From the NCBI GenBank assembly GCA_965206645.1, contig CBDBKE010000002.1:192001-256000 (forward strand): a stretch of 64,000 bases of DNA. Reading direction: 5' to 3'. Each line of letters begins with the position of its first letter. Positions within the stretch are counted from its first letter, which is position 1. Both the position numbers and the translations under genes were made by a program. The notes beneath the pieces are model-generated. The model saw nothing but the letters and a program-made list of their open reading frames with translations. It was not told where the DNA came from and searched no databases. Below are positions 41,750 through 51,548 of the stretch, piece by piece. This stretch comes from Terriglobia bacterium (lineage in GTDB: Bacteria; Acidobacteriota; Terriglobia; JAJPHL01; JAPKYU01).

Positions 41750-41842
41750 TGAATCCGCAGATTTCGCAGATTTTCGCAGATTCATAAGTGATTCATAAAT
41801 CTCGTAGCGCGTCTTTTGGGTTCTGCGTAATCTGCGGATTCG
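41750..41842. repeat. REP-like palindromic element
   Basis: GAATCCGCAGATTTCGCAGATTTTCGCAGATT...TCTGCGTAATCTGCGGATTC between hisG and hisD. Confidence 0.6.
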
Positions 41843-41890
41843 TTTTCGATTCTGCAATTCATCAATATCCAATGATGCAATCGTCACTTT

Positions 41891-42763
41891 CTACGCGATG
41901 ATCTTGTTCAGCGGGTACTCGACAATCCCCTGCGCCCCGGCCTGTCGCAGCTTGGGGATGATGTCGCGGGCTACCCGCTCATCGAGGACTGTGTTGATCG
42001 CCACCCACCCCGTTTCGCTCAGCGGCGAGACGCTGGGCCCGCGCAGCGATGGCAGCAGTGTCAACACGGTCTCCAGGTCTTGCTGCTGCACGTTGAGCAT
42101 TAGCCCCACTTTGCCGTAGGCCTCGATGGCCCCCTCCAGCAGCATCCGGATGCTCTCCAGCTTCTCCCGCTTCCAGGCATCGGCCCACGACTGCCGGTTG
42201 GCGATGAGTTGGGTGTTGGACTCCAGTACCGTATCTACGATCCTCAGATTGTTGGCCTTTAGGGAAGAGCCAGTCTCGGTGACCTCGACAATGGCGTCGG
42301 CCAGCACCGGGGGTTTCACCTCGGTGGCGCCCCAGGAAAATTCCACCTTCGCCTTCACGCCGTGGGAGGCCAGGTAGCGCTCGGTGGCGCTGACCAACTC
42401 GGTGGCGATAATTTTGCCCTCCAGGTCCCGAGGGCTGTGGATGGTGGACGCTTCCGGCGCGGCCAACACCCAGCGCACCTTGCCGAAGCTTTGCTTGGCG
42501 TAAATCAGGTCCGCGATCTTGACCACGTCGGACTCGTTCTCCAGGATCCAGTCGTGCCCGGTCAGCCCGGCGTCCAAGACGCCGTCTTCCACATAGCGCG
42601 ACATCTCTTGGGCGCGGATGAGCATCAACTCCAGCTCCGGATCGTCCACCGATGGGAAATAGGACCGTGGATCGTTGACCTGGATCCGGTAGCCGGCTCG
42701 GCCGAACAGCTCCACGGTGGCCTCTTGCAAGCTGCCCTTGGGAATGCCCAGCCGCAGTTTCAT
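41891..42763 (-). CDS. hisG: ATP phosphoribosyltransferase (long form)
   Basis: [34 protein letters not shown]-terminal regulatory domain. Confidence 0.96.
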   Translation of the reverse strand: MKLRLGIPKGSLQEATVELFGRAGYRIQVNDPRSYFPSVDDPELELMLIRAQEMSRYVEDGVLDAGLTGHDWILENESDVVKIADLIYAKQSFGKVRWVLAAPEASTIHSPRDLEGKIIATELVSATERYLASHGVKAKVEFSWGATEVKPPVLADAIVEVTETGSSLKANNLRIVDTVLESNTQLIANRQSWADAWKREKLESIRMLLEGAIEAYGKVGLMLNVQQQDLETVLTLLPSLRGPSVSPLSETGWVAINTVLDERVARDIIPKLRQAGAQGIVEYPLNKIIA

Positions 42764-43161
42764 GAGCGTACCTCTCCTGTCTTCGGGTCCGAAGCTGCCG
42801 GCGCGCTGGAGGGGATCACCGGGCGCTCAATCTCCAGCAGCGCCTCGCCCTCCAGGCGGCGGAAGAAACAACTCCGGTAGCCGAGGTGGCAGGTGGCCGC
42901 CCCGGTCTGACGGGCGAGAACGACCACGGCGTCCTGGTCGCAGTCCACCCGAATCTCCTCGACCGCTAGGCGGTGGCCGGAGGTCTCCCCTTTGGTCCAT
43001 AGGCGGCTCCGGGTGCGGCTGTAGAAGGTGACAAAGCCAGTTTCGCGCGTTTGCCGGAAAGCTTCCGCATTCATGAAGCCTACCATCAGCACGTCGCGGG
43101 AGGCGCTGTCTTGGACCACGGCCGCCACCAGTCCGTCCAGCTTGGAAAAGTCTAAGTTCAT
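42760..43161 (-). CDS. hisI: Phosphoribosyl-AMP cyclohydrolase (no HisE domain)
   Basis: [29 protein letters not shown]. Confidence 0.95.
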   Translation of the reverse strand: MNLDFSKLDGLVAAVVQDSASRDVLMVGFMNAEAFRQTRETGFVTFYSRTRSRLWTKGETSGHRLAVEEIRVDCDQDAVVVLARQTGAATCHLGYRSCFFRRLEGEALLEIERPVIPSSAPAASDPKTGEVRS

Positions 43162-43175
43162 GTTCCGTATCCAAC

Positions 43176-43206
43176 AAAAAGGCCCGACGTTATTGCCGCC
43201 GGGCCT
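43176..43206 (-). terminator. his attenuator terminator hairpin
   Basis: Minus strand AGGCCCGGCG-GCAATAA-CGTCGGGCCT then TTTT; the 5' arm can alternatively pair with GCCGG/GCCT at the leader 3' end. Confidence 0.85.
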
Positions 43207-43233
43207 CTTCTGCTTTTCGAAAAATTGCTTCTG

Positions 43234-43302
43234 CTAGGCGTCCCGGCTCACACACGTGGGGTGGTGATGCGTCCGATGCGCGTGATGGACCAGGATAGCC
43301 AC
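43234..43302 (-). CDS. hisL: his operon leader peptide (22 aa, 6 His)
   Basis: GTG start, MAILVHHAHRTHHHPTCVSRDA*; lies between the promoter and the terminator upstream of hisI. Confidence 0.85.
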   Translation of the reverse strand: MAILVHHAHRTHHHPTCVSRDA

Positions 43303-43311
43303 AACCCGTTT

Positions 43312-43340
43312 AGGTTAGGCAATCCAGGCGCCGTTGTCAA
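43312..43340 (-). promoter_or_regulatory. Sigma70 promoter of the his operon
   Basis: TTGACA-N17-TAACCT, 9 nt before the leader GTG. Confidence 0.75.
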
Positions 43341-43434
43341 CCCAGTAAGCGGACAACACACGGTACTTAGTGGGTTCAGCAGCCCAATCCGCGTTTGCGC
43401 CATGTTGCGCGGCTTGTTGGAACCGGGCAGAGTA

Positions 43435-44013
43435 ATGCTACGCTTACTACCCACGATGACCGGCACAATTCTACTTCTAGCAATGGTTTGGGGGGCGCCG
43501 CCGCAGGAGCCGGCCGGCTCCAGCACACCGGCCCCCCAGGAAGCCCGGCAGGCGCTGGAACAGCTGCTGGCTGAGTTAAATAACGCGGGCGCGGCGTTGT
43601 ACCAGCTTGAGGTCCCAGCCTGGCGCGGGCCCGGGTCGTCGAACTTTCTGGCGGTGGCGGCTTCCACCCGGCGACAGATAACAGATATTGAGCCGGTCTT
43701 GAAGCGCCTGGTTGACGAGCCCATACGGCTCAGCGCCGCCCTCCACATGTACCTTGCGATACAACACCTGGAAATGAGCCTGAATTCCATGGCCAGCGGC
43801 GCGCGGCGCTACCAGGGCCCGCAGTCGGCAGCCCACGTGAAGAATGCTGCCAACGGCCTGCTGGGCGGACGCCAGAAGTTGGGCAATTACCTGCTGGCGC
43901 TGGTTCAGTTTCTGGAGCGAGAGAAAGCGGTCACCGAGCAGGAGCTGGAATCGTGTCGCGAACAGCTCTGGCAGCGAGCCCGAAAGCCTGCGCGATCGCG
44001 CTCGAAGCGCTGA
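43435..44013 (+). CDS. Secreted helical hypothetical protein
   Basis: Signal-peptide-like N-terminus, helical/coiled-coil composition. Confidence 0.65.
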   Translation: MLRLLPTMTGTILLLAMVWGAPPQEPAGSSTPAPQEARQALEQLLAELNNAGAALYQLEVPAWRGPGSSNFLAVAASTRRQITDIEPVLKRLVDEPIRLSAALHMYLAIQHLEMSLNSMASGARRYQGPQSAAHVKNAANGLLGGRQKLGNYLLALVQFLEREKAVTEQELESCREQLWQRARKPARSRSKR

Positions 44014-44091
44014 GGCTGCTCCGGCGCAAGCCGAGCCTATCCGACAGACAGGTGAAGCTTCCGTGGTAAACTGTTTGCCAAGAGCCGTTGC

Positions 44092-44367
44092 GTGGACGTC
44101 GAGAAAACCATCGAATTCATCCTCAATCAGCAGGCGCAATTCGTTGTGCGACTGGACCGAGTGGAGGCACAGGTTGAGGCACTGGCGGGGCAGACCCAAG
44201 GTTTGATACGCGTGGTGGCGGAGCAACAAAACCAAATCACCACCATCCTGGGCATCCTGGGAACCCTGACCCAGCGGATGGACACCCTCACCCAGCGGAT
44301 GGACACGCTGGCGGAGATGTTCGAGCAGTGGCTGCGTCGCAGTGGCGACGGCTCCCGCCCAACCTGA
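44092..44367 (+). CDS. Small coiled-coil hypothetical protein
   Basis: MDVEKTIEFIL..Q; heptad repeats TLTQRMD x2 (21-bp DNA repeat). Confidence 0.65.
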   Translation: MDVEKTIEFILNQQAQFVVRLDRVEAQVEALAGQTQGLIRVVAEQQNQITTILGILGTLTQRMDTLTQRMDTLAEMFEQWLRRSGDGSRPT

Positions 44368-44597
44368 GCTCCAAAACCCACGATCAGCTCCGAAACCTAA
44401 GATCCAGGGTCCAAGGGAACCACCCAGTGTACCCCCTTGTTGGAAAAGGCTCTTGTGCTGGTGAGCCAAGGCGCGGCATGGTTGTGAGGCCCTCAGGGCG
44501 GACGCCACGGCGGGCGAATGGAGCTCGACGGATGTATACTGAAAGTTTGCGGAAGATTGCCGATATCCCAACTTCATGCTGACGTCAAAGGAGCGGG

Positions 44598-45980
44598 ATG
44601 GACTCGCTGCAACAATACGTCGAACAGAAGCGCGATGCTTGGCTGCAGGAACTCACTGAATTTCTGCGCATCCCCAGCATCAGCACCAATCCTGAGTACA
44701 AGGCCGAAGTGCGGCGGGGCGCCGAGTTTGTCGCCCAGGCCCTGCAAAAGGCGGGGATCAGGCAGACGGAACTGATCGAGACCAGCGGCCATCCGCTGGT
44801 CTATGGGGAGCATAGCGGGGTCGAGGGCGCGCCCACCATCCTCTGCTACGGCCACTACGACGTGCAGCCACCCGACCCGCTGGATGAATGGAACTCGCCG
44901 CCGTTTGAGCCGGCCATTCGCAACGGGAACATCTACGCCCGCGGGGCCGCCGACGACAAGGGCCAGGTGATGATCCAGCTCAAAGCGGTCGAAGCGCTGC
45001 TGGCCACCGCGGGCCGGCTGCCGCTGAACCTGAAATTCATCCTCGAAGGCGAAGAGGAGACAGGTGGCGCCGCCATCAGCGACTACGTGGCCCGATCAGC
45101 CGAGAAGCTGAAAGCTGACGCCGCGCTGGTTTGCGATACCGAGCTGTTCGCCCCGGACTTGCCCACGCTGTGCATCGGGTTGCGCGGTCTGGTGTATGCC
45201 GAGCTGGAGGCGGAAGGAGCGGCGCACGACCTGCACTCCGGCCTGTACGGCGGCGTGGCACCCAATCCGTTCAACGCGCTCTGCTGGGTTCTGTCGGAGT
45301 TGAAAACCGCGGACGGCAAGATCCGCATTCCGGGCTTGTACGACAGCATCCAGCCGCCGGCGCGCAGCGAGCGTGCCAGCTGGCGCAGGCTACCCTTTGA
45401 TGCCGACCGAATGCGCACCGAGGAGATCGGCTCGACGGCGCTGGTCGGAGAGAAGCGTGACCCGCTGGAGCGCATGTGGGCCCGTCCCACCATGGACATT
45501 CACGGCATCGTGGGCGGCTACGTGGCCCCCGGCGCCAAGACCGTGATACCCGCCCGAGCCACCGCCAAGTTCAGCATTCGCCTGGTGCCCAACCAGGAAC
45601 CGCAGGAGGTCATTGCGGCGCTGGAGCGGCGGGTGGCGGAACTTGCGCCTCCGGGAGTCAAGCTCAAGCTCCGTGTCCTAAACGATGCGCGGCCGCTGCT
45701 CATCAACCCGGACAACCCTTACCTGAAGCACGCGGCGAGGGTCTTCGCCAAGGTGTACGGGCGCAAGACGGTGTTCGTGCGGTCGGGGGGCTCCATCCCG
45801 GTGGTGGCGCTGTTCGGCGAGTACCTGAAGATTCCGACGGTGATGATGGGCTTTGGCTTGCCGGATGACAACCTGCACGCCCCCAACGAGAAGTTCACCC
45901 TGTCGAATTTTTTCCGCGGCGCAGAGACGTTGGCGCGTTTCCTGGCTGCCGTTGCCAAGGCGAAAGACCTGAAAACTTGA
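44598..45980 (+). CDS. M20-family dipeptidase
   Basis: YGHYDVQP, ARGAADDKG, EGEEE, DLHSG, GGSIP, HAPNE. Confidence 0.93.
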   Translation: MDSLQQYVEQKRDAWLQELTEFLRIPSISTNPEYKAEVRRGAEFVAQALQKAGIRQTELIETSGHPLVYGEHSGVEGAPTILCYGHYDVQPPDPLDEWNSPPFEPAIRNGNIYARGAADDKGQVMIQLKAVEALLATAGRLPLNLKFILEGEEETGGAAISDYVARSAEKLKADAALVCDTELFAPDLPTLCIGLRGLVYAELEAEGAAHDLHSGLYGGVAPNPFNALCWVLSELKTADGKIRIPGLYDSIQPPARSERASWRRLPFDADRMRTEEIGSTALVGEKRDPLERMWARPTMDIHGIVGGYVAPGAKTVIPARATAKFSIRLVPNQEPQEVIAALERRVAELAPPGVKLKLRVLNDARPLLINPDNPYLKHAARVFAKVYGRKTVFVRSGGSIPVVALFGEYLKIPTVMMGFGLPDDNLHAPNEKFTLSNFFRGAETLARFLAAVAKAKDLKT

Positions 45981-47368
45981 AGAAAAGACACATCCTCGGC
46001 GCTGGGCTGTTGGCCTTCGGGCTGCTGGTGGTCCGTGTGGCAGCTGTCCCGGCGCCACGCGTCGGAGCAGTGGTCAACGTCTCGGCCGACCAGCTGACGG
46101 ACAACGAGGTCAGCCTGGTCGTCAACCCCACCAATCCGTTGAACCTGCTGGCCGGCTGGAACGATTGGGAAGAGCAGCAGGGGGTCGGCTACAGCTATTC
46201 CTTTGATGGCGGCCGCACCTGGTCGCCGCCGGCGCTGATCCCGGGCGTGGTGGGAAGCGAGGGGCCGTTCCAGGTCGCCGGGGATCCTGCGTTCCATTTT
46301 GGTCCGGATGGCACAGCCTATGCGGTTGTGCAGGCCTTCAACATCACCGCGCCCTTTGAGGCGTCCCTACTGGTAGCCGTCTCCCAAGATGGCGGCCAGA
46401 GCTGGCCCCGGTTGCTGGTGGGCTATCGAGGCCACCGCGAAGAGCGGGACCGCCCCGCGCACCGGCACGTGCCGGACCGCGCGGCTGTGACTACCGATTC
46501 CCACCCCGTCAGCCCGCACTTCGGCACACTGTATGTTGCCTGGGGGCAGGAACAGGAGACCAGCGAGACGCCCTCAGTCTTGCTCACTTATCTGCGGCCG
46601 GAGGCTGACAGCTTTTCCCCGCCGACGATGGTGACCAACTGGCCGGCAGGCTTCACTCAGAATGCGGTGCCGTTCACCGGACCGGACGGGACGCTCTACG
46701 TCACCTTCGTCGCGCAAGAGCCCGGAATGACCTCTAGCGGCATCTACCTGGCGGAATCCCGCGACGGCGGCCGCAGTTTTGGTGAGCCACGCCGGGTGGC
46801 GCTGTTTCAGAATCCGGTCACCGGGCAATTGCCGAACACCACCTACCGCGTCGTCAGCTTTCCTGTGGGTCTGTTTGCTCCAGTGCACAATCGGCTGGTG
46901 GTGGTGTGGAACGACCGTCGGGACGGCGTTTCGACCATGCTAGTCTCTACGGCCACCCTCGGGGAGACCGACCGCTGGTCGGAGCCGGCACAGGTGACGG
47001 ATGCCAGCACAGGCGAGCAGTTCTTCCCAGCGATTTCGGCCAGTCCCGATGGCCGGCTGGACCTGGTGTTTTACGACCGCAGCCGCGACCCCGGCAACCA
47101 CCTCAACTTTGTTACTTACGCCTGGAGCGGCGATGGTGGCACAAGCTGGGAGTCGCTGAACGTAACCGACACCCCGTTTGACGGAGAGAGCCAAACCACG
47201 CCAGGCGGCACCCCCTTCATCGGTGACTACATCGGCGTGGCTTCCACCACCCCCGTGGCCCACATCGCCTGGACCGGCAACGGTCCTGATACTCCCTGTT
47301 CCTGCAACCAGGACATTTTTGCGCTGCCGGTTTCCCACGCAAGTTCCGAAGACTCTGGGTCGCAGTAA
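45977..47368 (+). CDS. Secreted BNR/Asp-box (sialidase-like) beta-propeller protein
   Basis: Asp boxes SFDGGRTW, SQDGGQSW, SRDGGRSF, SGDGGTSW; FIGDYIG. Confidence 0.8.
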   Translation: MKKRHILGAGLLAFGLLVVRVAAVPAPRVGAVVNVSADQLTDNEVSLVVNPTNPLNLLAGWNDWEEQQGVGYSYSFDGGRTWSPPALIPGVVGSEGPFQVAGDPAFHFGPDGTAYAVVQAFNITAPFEASLLVAVSQDGGQSWPRLLVGYRGHREERDRPAHRHVPDRAAVTTDSHPVSPHFGTLYVAWGQEQETSETPSVLLTYLRPEADSFSPPTMVTNWPAGFTQNAVPFTGPDGTLYVTFVAQEPGMTSSGIYLAESRDGGRSFGEPRRVALFQNPVTGQLPNTTYRVVSFPVGLFAPVHNRLVVVWNDRRDGVSTMLVSTATLGETDRWSEPAQVTDASTGEQFFPAISASPDGRLDLVFYDRSRDPGNHLNFVTYAWSGDGGTSWESLNVTDTPFDGESQTTPGGTPFIGDYIGVASTTPVAHIAWTGNGPDTPCSCNQDIFALPVSHASSEDSGSQ

Positions 47369-47430
47369 CCTGCCTTGAAAGAGAGCCACCCCGATGACAC
47401 TGGGGCCGGATACCCCTGACCAGCAGGCGG

Positions 47431-48408
47431 CTAGAAATAGATCTTCACGCCGAACTGGATGCGGCGCGGCTGCTCGCCGAGCGGAGAAACACTCGGCAGC
47501 ACAGAGCCGAATCCCTGCCGGCCAAAGGTGGCCTCGCCAAACGTAGAGGATTGCAGGGCCGGGTCGGGATTGTTCAGGTTGGTGTGGTTGAACAGATTGA
47601 AGAACTCGGCGCGAAACTGCAGCCGCCCCTGTTCCCCCAGGGGGGGCAGAGCAAAGCTGCGGCTGAGAGCGAAATCCACGTTCCAAAAGCCGGGGCCGCG
47701 AAACGCGTTGCGTGGCGCGTTTCCGATCGCGCCATCGGTGGGCGCGCGGAACTTGGACTTGTCGAGCAGAACCACTCCGCCCGGAATCTGAGTGGGGTTG
47801 GAAAGAAAGGCTTCGTCGTGGTCCTGGCCCAGGAAATCGGCGCGGTTCACGAGGAGCAGTCCGCCACTTTGGGGAATGAATAATTCCGTACTGAGAACGG
47901 AGAAAGGAAACCCGGAACGGAAGCCGGCCAGGGCGGCCGCCTGCCAGCGGCCGAACACGCGACGCCAGCCGCGGAACTTGGGAGCCTCGGCTACGAAATT
48001 GATCGCCAGGTTGTGCCTCTGGTCGAAATCGGAAAGCCCGTAGTCGGCGCTCAAGTCAAACTGCCGGGTGAAGAAACCGCCCTGAAGTGTAGAGAAGGGG
48101 TCAGACAGGCGTTGAACGCCCGGGCGGCCCCGCGCAATGGCAGCGATCCGCCCCTGGGGATCGCTCTGCACGTCCCTGGTGCGGCTGTAAGTGTAGGAAC
48201 CCTGAAACTGCACCCCTTTGCTCCAGCGGCGGTTCAGCCCCACTTCCAGGGCCACGTAGTCGGAATGGCCCGGCCCGCACGCTGCGGGGATCGCCAGCCA
48301 TAGCTCGTCTTCGGCTCCCTGGGGCCGGGGGGCAAACTGAGCGAAAGCCTCCTCTGGAAATGAGGCAGGGTTCGCAGGGGACACCACATCAGTAGTGACT
48401 AGGCTCAT
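47431..48408 (-). pseudogene. C-terminal fragment of a large TonB-dependent receptor joined to an unrelated short N-terminus
   Basis: Only the last ~280 aa (SYTYS, DFDQRH, RNAFRGPG..NVD, RAEFFNLFNH.N, RRIQFGVKIYF) from ~48270; no plug or signal peptide; RBS and ATG at 48408 lead into ~46 unrelated aa. Confidence 0.75.
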
Positions 48409-48479
48409 AGTAGCTCCTTCAACCAGACCGGCCTCGGAGGCCGGCAGGGTACTCAAGTTCGACATTGGGTTCGCATGGC

Positions 48480-48650
48480 TCATAACGTAAACCTCATTGG
48501 CGTAGATTTCAGTGCCATGGACTTGATCGCGCACCTCACCGGGAGAATCCGCAGAAACTCCGGGAGGGGTCTGCGGGTCTTCTGTGCCGCAACCATCGCG
48601 CAGAACAGCGCCGCCATGGTCTGGGTCCTTTGAGTTCTTGTGCTGTCCAT
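48480..48650 (-). CDS. Small protein, paralog 1 (56 aa)
   Basis: MDSTRTQRTQTMAALFCAMVAAQKTRRPLPEFLRILPVRCAIKSMALKSTPMRFTL*; 32/42 core aa identical to 50523-50699, with 11 synonymous codon differences. Confidence 0.6.
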   Translation of the reverse strand: MDSTRTQRTQTMAALFCAMVAAQKTRRPLPEFLRILPVRCAIKSMALKSTPMRFTL

Positions 48651-48891
48651 AACAGTGCCTAGTTAAACGGAGTCGCAGTAAATGGCCAATAGCCCCACAG
48701 TTACATTTTGCTTGGTACTTTCGGACTAGCAGGCGCGCGCCCAACAGGTGGAAATTAGGGCCGGCTGGTGGAGGGTCTCCACCATGCGAGCAGGGGTACG
48801 CCACCGGGGGATCGGTGGCGCAGCTTCGCCAGGCTCGCGGGTGCCGGCACGGCAAAGAACATGATCGAGATGGGATTGCGTCTTCATGAAG

Positions 48892-50526
48892 TCAGGCCTG
48901 TCCATCCTTGCTCACCCCCTGGGGGGCCTCACTTGCAAGCAAATGTGGCGCGACGGCTTCCATAGCCGCGGCCGCCTCGGCACGGTTGCGTCCTGCACGC
49001 TTGGCCCGGTACAACGCGACATCGGCAGCGCGCAGGAGGGTCTCCATCTCGTCCTCCTCGCTTCCGACGGCCACCCCCAAACTCATGGTGCTGGAGATCT
49101 GGCCCTCCCGGGTGTGCACGGGTTCGTCGCTGAGGCAGGCTCGAATTCTCTCGGCCTGGTTCAGCGTGCTGGTGGCATCGCAATCGGGGAGGACGATCAG
49201 GAACTCTTCTCCCCCGTAGCGGCCGACCGAGTCATAAAGCCGCACGGAGGAAGCCATTCTGCGGCCGGTTTCCCGTAACACCGCATCGCCGGCCAGATGC
49301 CCGTGAGTATCGTTGATAGCCTTGAAATGGTCTAGGTCGGCCAGCACCACCCCTACAGGGATTCCCTCGCGCTTGGCGCGCTCCAGTTCCCCGCCCAGGA
49401 TGTCCAGGATCGCTGCGCGGTTCCAAACCCCGGTGAGAGAATCGTGCGTGGCCTGGAAGCGGTAGCCTTCGCTGACCGCCAGCTGCTTCTGCAGCGTCTC
49501 CATCTGCTGCTTGAGCTCTCCGGTCACCTGACCCAGCGTGGCTTTGGGGGCCGTGAGCTCGCGCAACTCCAGGTTGAGGCGCGCCTCCTCGGCGGCCAGG
49601 TGATCGCGCTGGGCAGCCACACGCTCGTGGCTGGCGTTCACGTCGATAAGCTGCTCGGCGAGGCGGCGTGCCTCTTCCCGCTCGCGTTCCACCTTCCGCT
49701 CCAGGTCAGCAAGGTCGGCCTCTTTCTCGCTGCCAGCGCGGGGCAGGGGCCTCTGGCCAGACAGGTCGGCCATGGCCAGGATGCGGTGGCGCCGGCGCTC
49801 TTCGGGTCCGCCAGCCAGTCCGGAGCGGAAGGCCAGGGCCGCCGGACCCAGGGCGATGGCCACACCCCACCGGCCTCCCCGATCTTCGTCCGCCCGCACC
49901 ACGCAGCCTTCCTGCTCGGCATCCTGTGGGCCGGTGTAGGGAAACGAAACCAGCACCTCGGTGCCGACCCGGTATTGCCGGTTGCTGAGGAAGTAAGCGC
50001 CTTCTTTACTGACGTTGGTGGCCACGGTAATCTCGGGGCCGTCGGTGGCCCATCTCTTCTTGCGCACCCGAATGGCAGCCTTGATCGCAATCCGCCGATG
50101 TCGCCGGGTGTTCTTCGGCTTCTCGGGCGAGCTGGCTGCAGAAGCCGGCTCTCCGACCAACTCCCGCAGCTTCTGGTGCAACTCGCGAGCTCCGAAAGGC
50201 TTCAAAACGTAAGGCAAATGCCTTTGCTCAATGAACTCCCAGGTAGCTTCCGAGGCGATATCGCCCGTCAGGAACACAATCCGGCGCTTGTACTCTGGGA
50301 ATTCCTTTTTCACTTGCTGGTAGAATTCTGCGCCCGACATCCCCGGCATCAACATGTCGCAGAGGATGGCGTTGTAGTCATTTTCGGGCAAGCGGTCCAG
50401 CGCTTCACGGGCCGACTGCGCCACGTCAACAGCCAAGCCCTCACCTTCCAGTATCTTCCGGACGATGCTCAGCATCTGCTCGTCATCGTCAATGACGAGG
50501 ACTTTGGGTTGTTTCGTGCCGCTCAT
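48892..50526 (-). CDS. Response regulator diguanylate cyclase (REC-PilZ-coiled coil-GGDEF)
   Basis: VLVIDDD, CDMLMPGMSG, KPF; RRHRR + NVSKEG; D.LTG..NR, DLDHFK.IND..GH..GD, RLYD I-site, GGEEF. Confidence 0.92.
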   Translation of the reverse strand: MSGTKQPKVLVIDDDEQMLSIVRKILEGEGLAVDVAQSAREALDRLPENDYNAILCDMLMPGMSGAEFYQQVKKEFPEYKRRIVFLTGDIASEATWEFIEQRHLPYVLKPFGARELHQKLRELVGEPASAASSPEKPKNTRRHRRIAIKAAIRVRKKRWATDGPEITVATNVSKEGAYFLSNRQYRVGTEVLVSFPYTGPQDAEQEGCVVRADEDRGGRWGVAIALGPAALAFRSGLAGGPEERRRHRILAMADLSGQRPLPRAGSEKEADLADLERKVEREREEARRLAEQLIDVNASHERVAAQRDHLAAEEARLNLELRELTAPKATLGQVTGELKQQMETLQKQLAVSEGYRFQATHDSLTGVWNRAAILDILGGELERAKREGIPVGVVLADLDHFKAINDTHGHLAGDAVLRETGRRMASSVRLYDSVGRYGGEEFLIVLPDCDATSTLNQAERIRACLSDEPVHTREGQISSTMSLGVAVGSEEDEMETLLRAADVALYRAKRAGRNRAEAAAAMEAVAPHLLASEAPQGVSKDGQA

Positions 50527-50699
50527 GGCTCCAATCCAGCTGATTCAAATACGCCTCGATAGCTCTTCAGTGCCATAGATTTCATCTCCGGACTCAACGG
50601 GAGAATCCGTAAAAACTCCGGCAGACTTCTGCGGCTCTTCCGCGCGGCAACGACCGCACAAAACAGCGCCGCCATGGCTTGGGTCCTTGTTGCCTTCAT
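50523..50699 (-). CDS. Small protein, paralog 2 (58 aa), ATGA-coupled to the diguanylate cyclase
   Basis: MKATRTQAMAALFCAVVAARKSRRSLPEFLRILPLSPEMKSMALKSYRGVFESAGLEP*; stop overlaps ATG 50526. Confidence 0.65.
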   Translation of the reverse strand: MKATRTQAMAALFCAVVAARKSRRSLPEFLRILPLSPEMKSMALKSYRGVFESAGLEP

Positions 50700-50936
50700 A
50701 ACAGTGTCTAGTTAAACGCAGCGACAGCAAGCAGCCAATAGGAGAACAGTTACATTCTTCATAGTACCTTTGGGCCACTGAGCACGCGCCTACCAGGCGG
50801 GTCTCGGCAGGCCGGCGGACGGTTCTCCGGTGAACTGTGAGAGAGCAAAGCTTGTCCTCCGGGACGTCTTGACGGAACACCGGACGGGGAATCCCTCCGG
50901 GGTTGGCACCGCAACGAGAAACAGATTGGCCAGTGG

Positions 50937-51488
50937 TTATTTCAAAGGGAAATGCTTCAGCTTGACGTATCCAGCACCGTGAGGAAAAAGCCGACTCTGA
51001 TAGAGGAACAGTTCCGTTGCCGTGTAGCGGCCGAGATCTTCGGAGCGGTGGACTTCCCATTCCGGCGGCAAGACTGGAACACGGCTGCCTTGCCTCAGCC
51101 GGCCCAGGGTCAGGTGAGGAGAGAATGGACGCTGCTCGGGTTCAATCCCCAGCGGCGCCAGGGCCCGCTCGACCCCGGTGGCGAGTTGACCCAAGGCCGG
51201 CGGCGCCAGCACCCCCACCCAGAAGACACGGGGGTGGCGCTCATTAGGAAAACAGCCCAACCCGCGGAAACCGAGTTCCAGCGGCCCGGGCGCGGGCACG
51301 CCCGCCAGCGCTTCGACCAGGGCTGGCAATCTGTCTTCCGGTTGCTCGCCAATGAACTTGAGCGAGAGGTGCAGCGATTGCGGCTTCACCCACTTCACCT
51401 GGCGGGCCGCTGGCTCCAGTTGGCGCAGCAGGGCAGTAATCCGCGCGCGGACAGCCTCATCCAACTCCAGGGCCACGAAGAGCCGCAT
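50937..51488 (-). CDS. thpR: RNA 2',3'-cyclic phosphodiesterase
   Basis: MRLFVAL, HLSLKFIG and PHLTLGR 2H motifs. Confidence 0.93.
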   Translation of the reverse strand: MRLFVALELDEAVRARITALLRQLEPAARQVKWVKPQSLHLSLKFIGEQPEDRLPALVEALAGVPAPGPLELGFRGLGCFPNERHPRVFWVGVLAPPALGQLATGVERALAPLGIEPEQRPFSPHLTLGRLRQGSRVPVLPPEWEVHRSEDLGRYTATELFLYQSRLFPHGAGYVKLKHFPLK

Positions 51489-51548
51489 TACTTTCTTGGC
51501 TCGGATTGGAAAAGTATCTTCACTGGGACGCGAATGCAACTCACTTCA

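Noticed and set aside
48505-48520. TGGCAC as a sigma54 promoter in both duplicated modules
   Set aside because: No GC at the required -12 spacing; the motif is explained by the codons ATG GCA CTG.
50545-51060. ORF-track frame (…CNC…RLTRHCY…) as the coding frame of the duplicated module
   Set aside because: 18 aa differences over the core versus 10 in the small-ORF frame, and no shared start; the plus-strand shadow frame has no start codon upstream of the core in copy 2.
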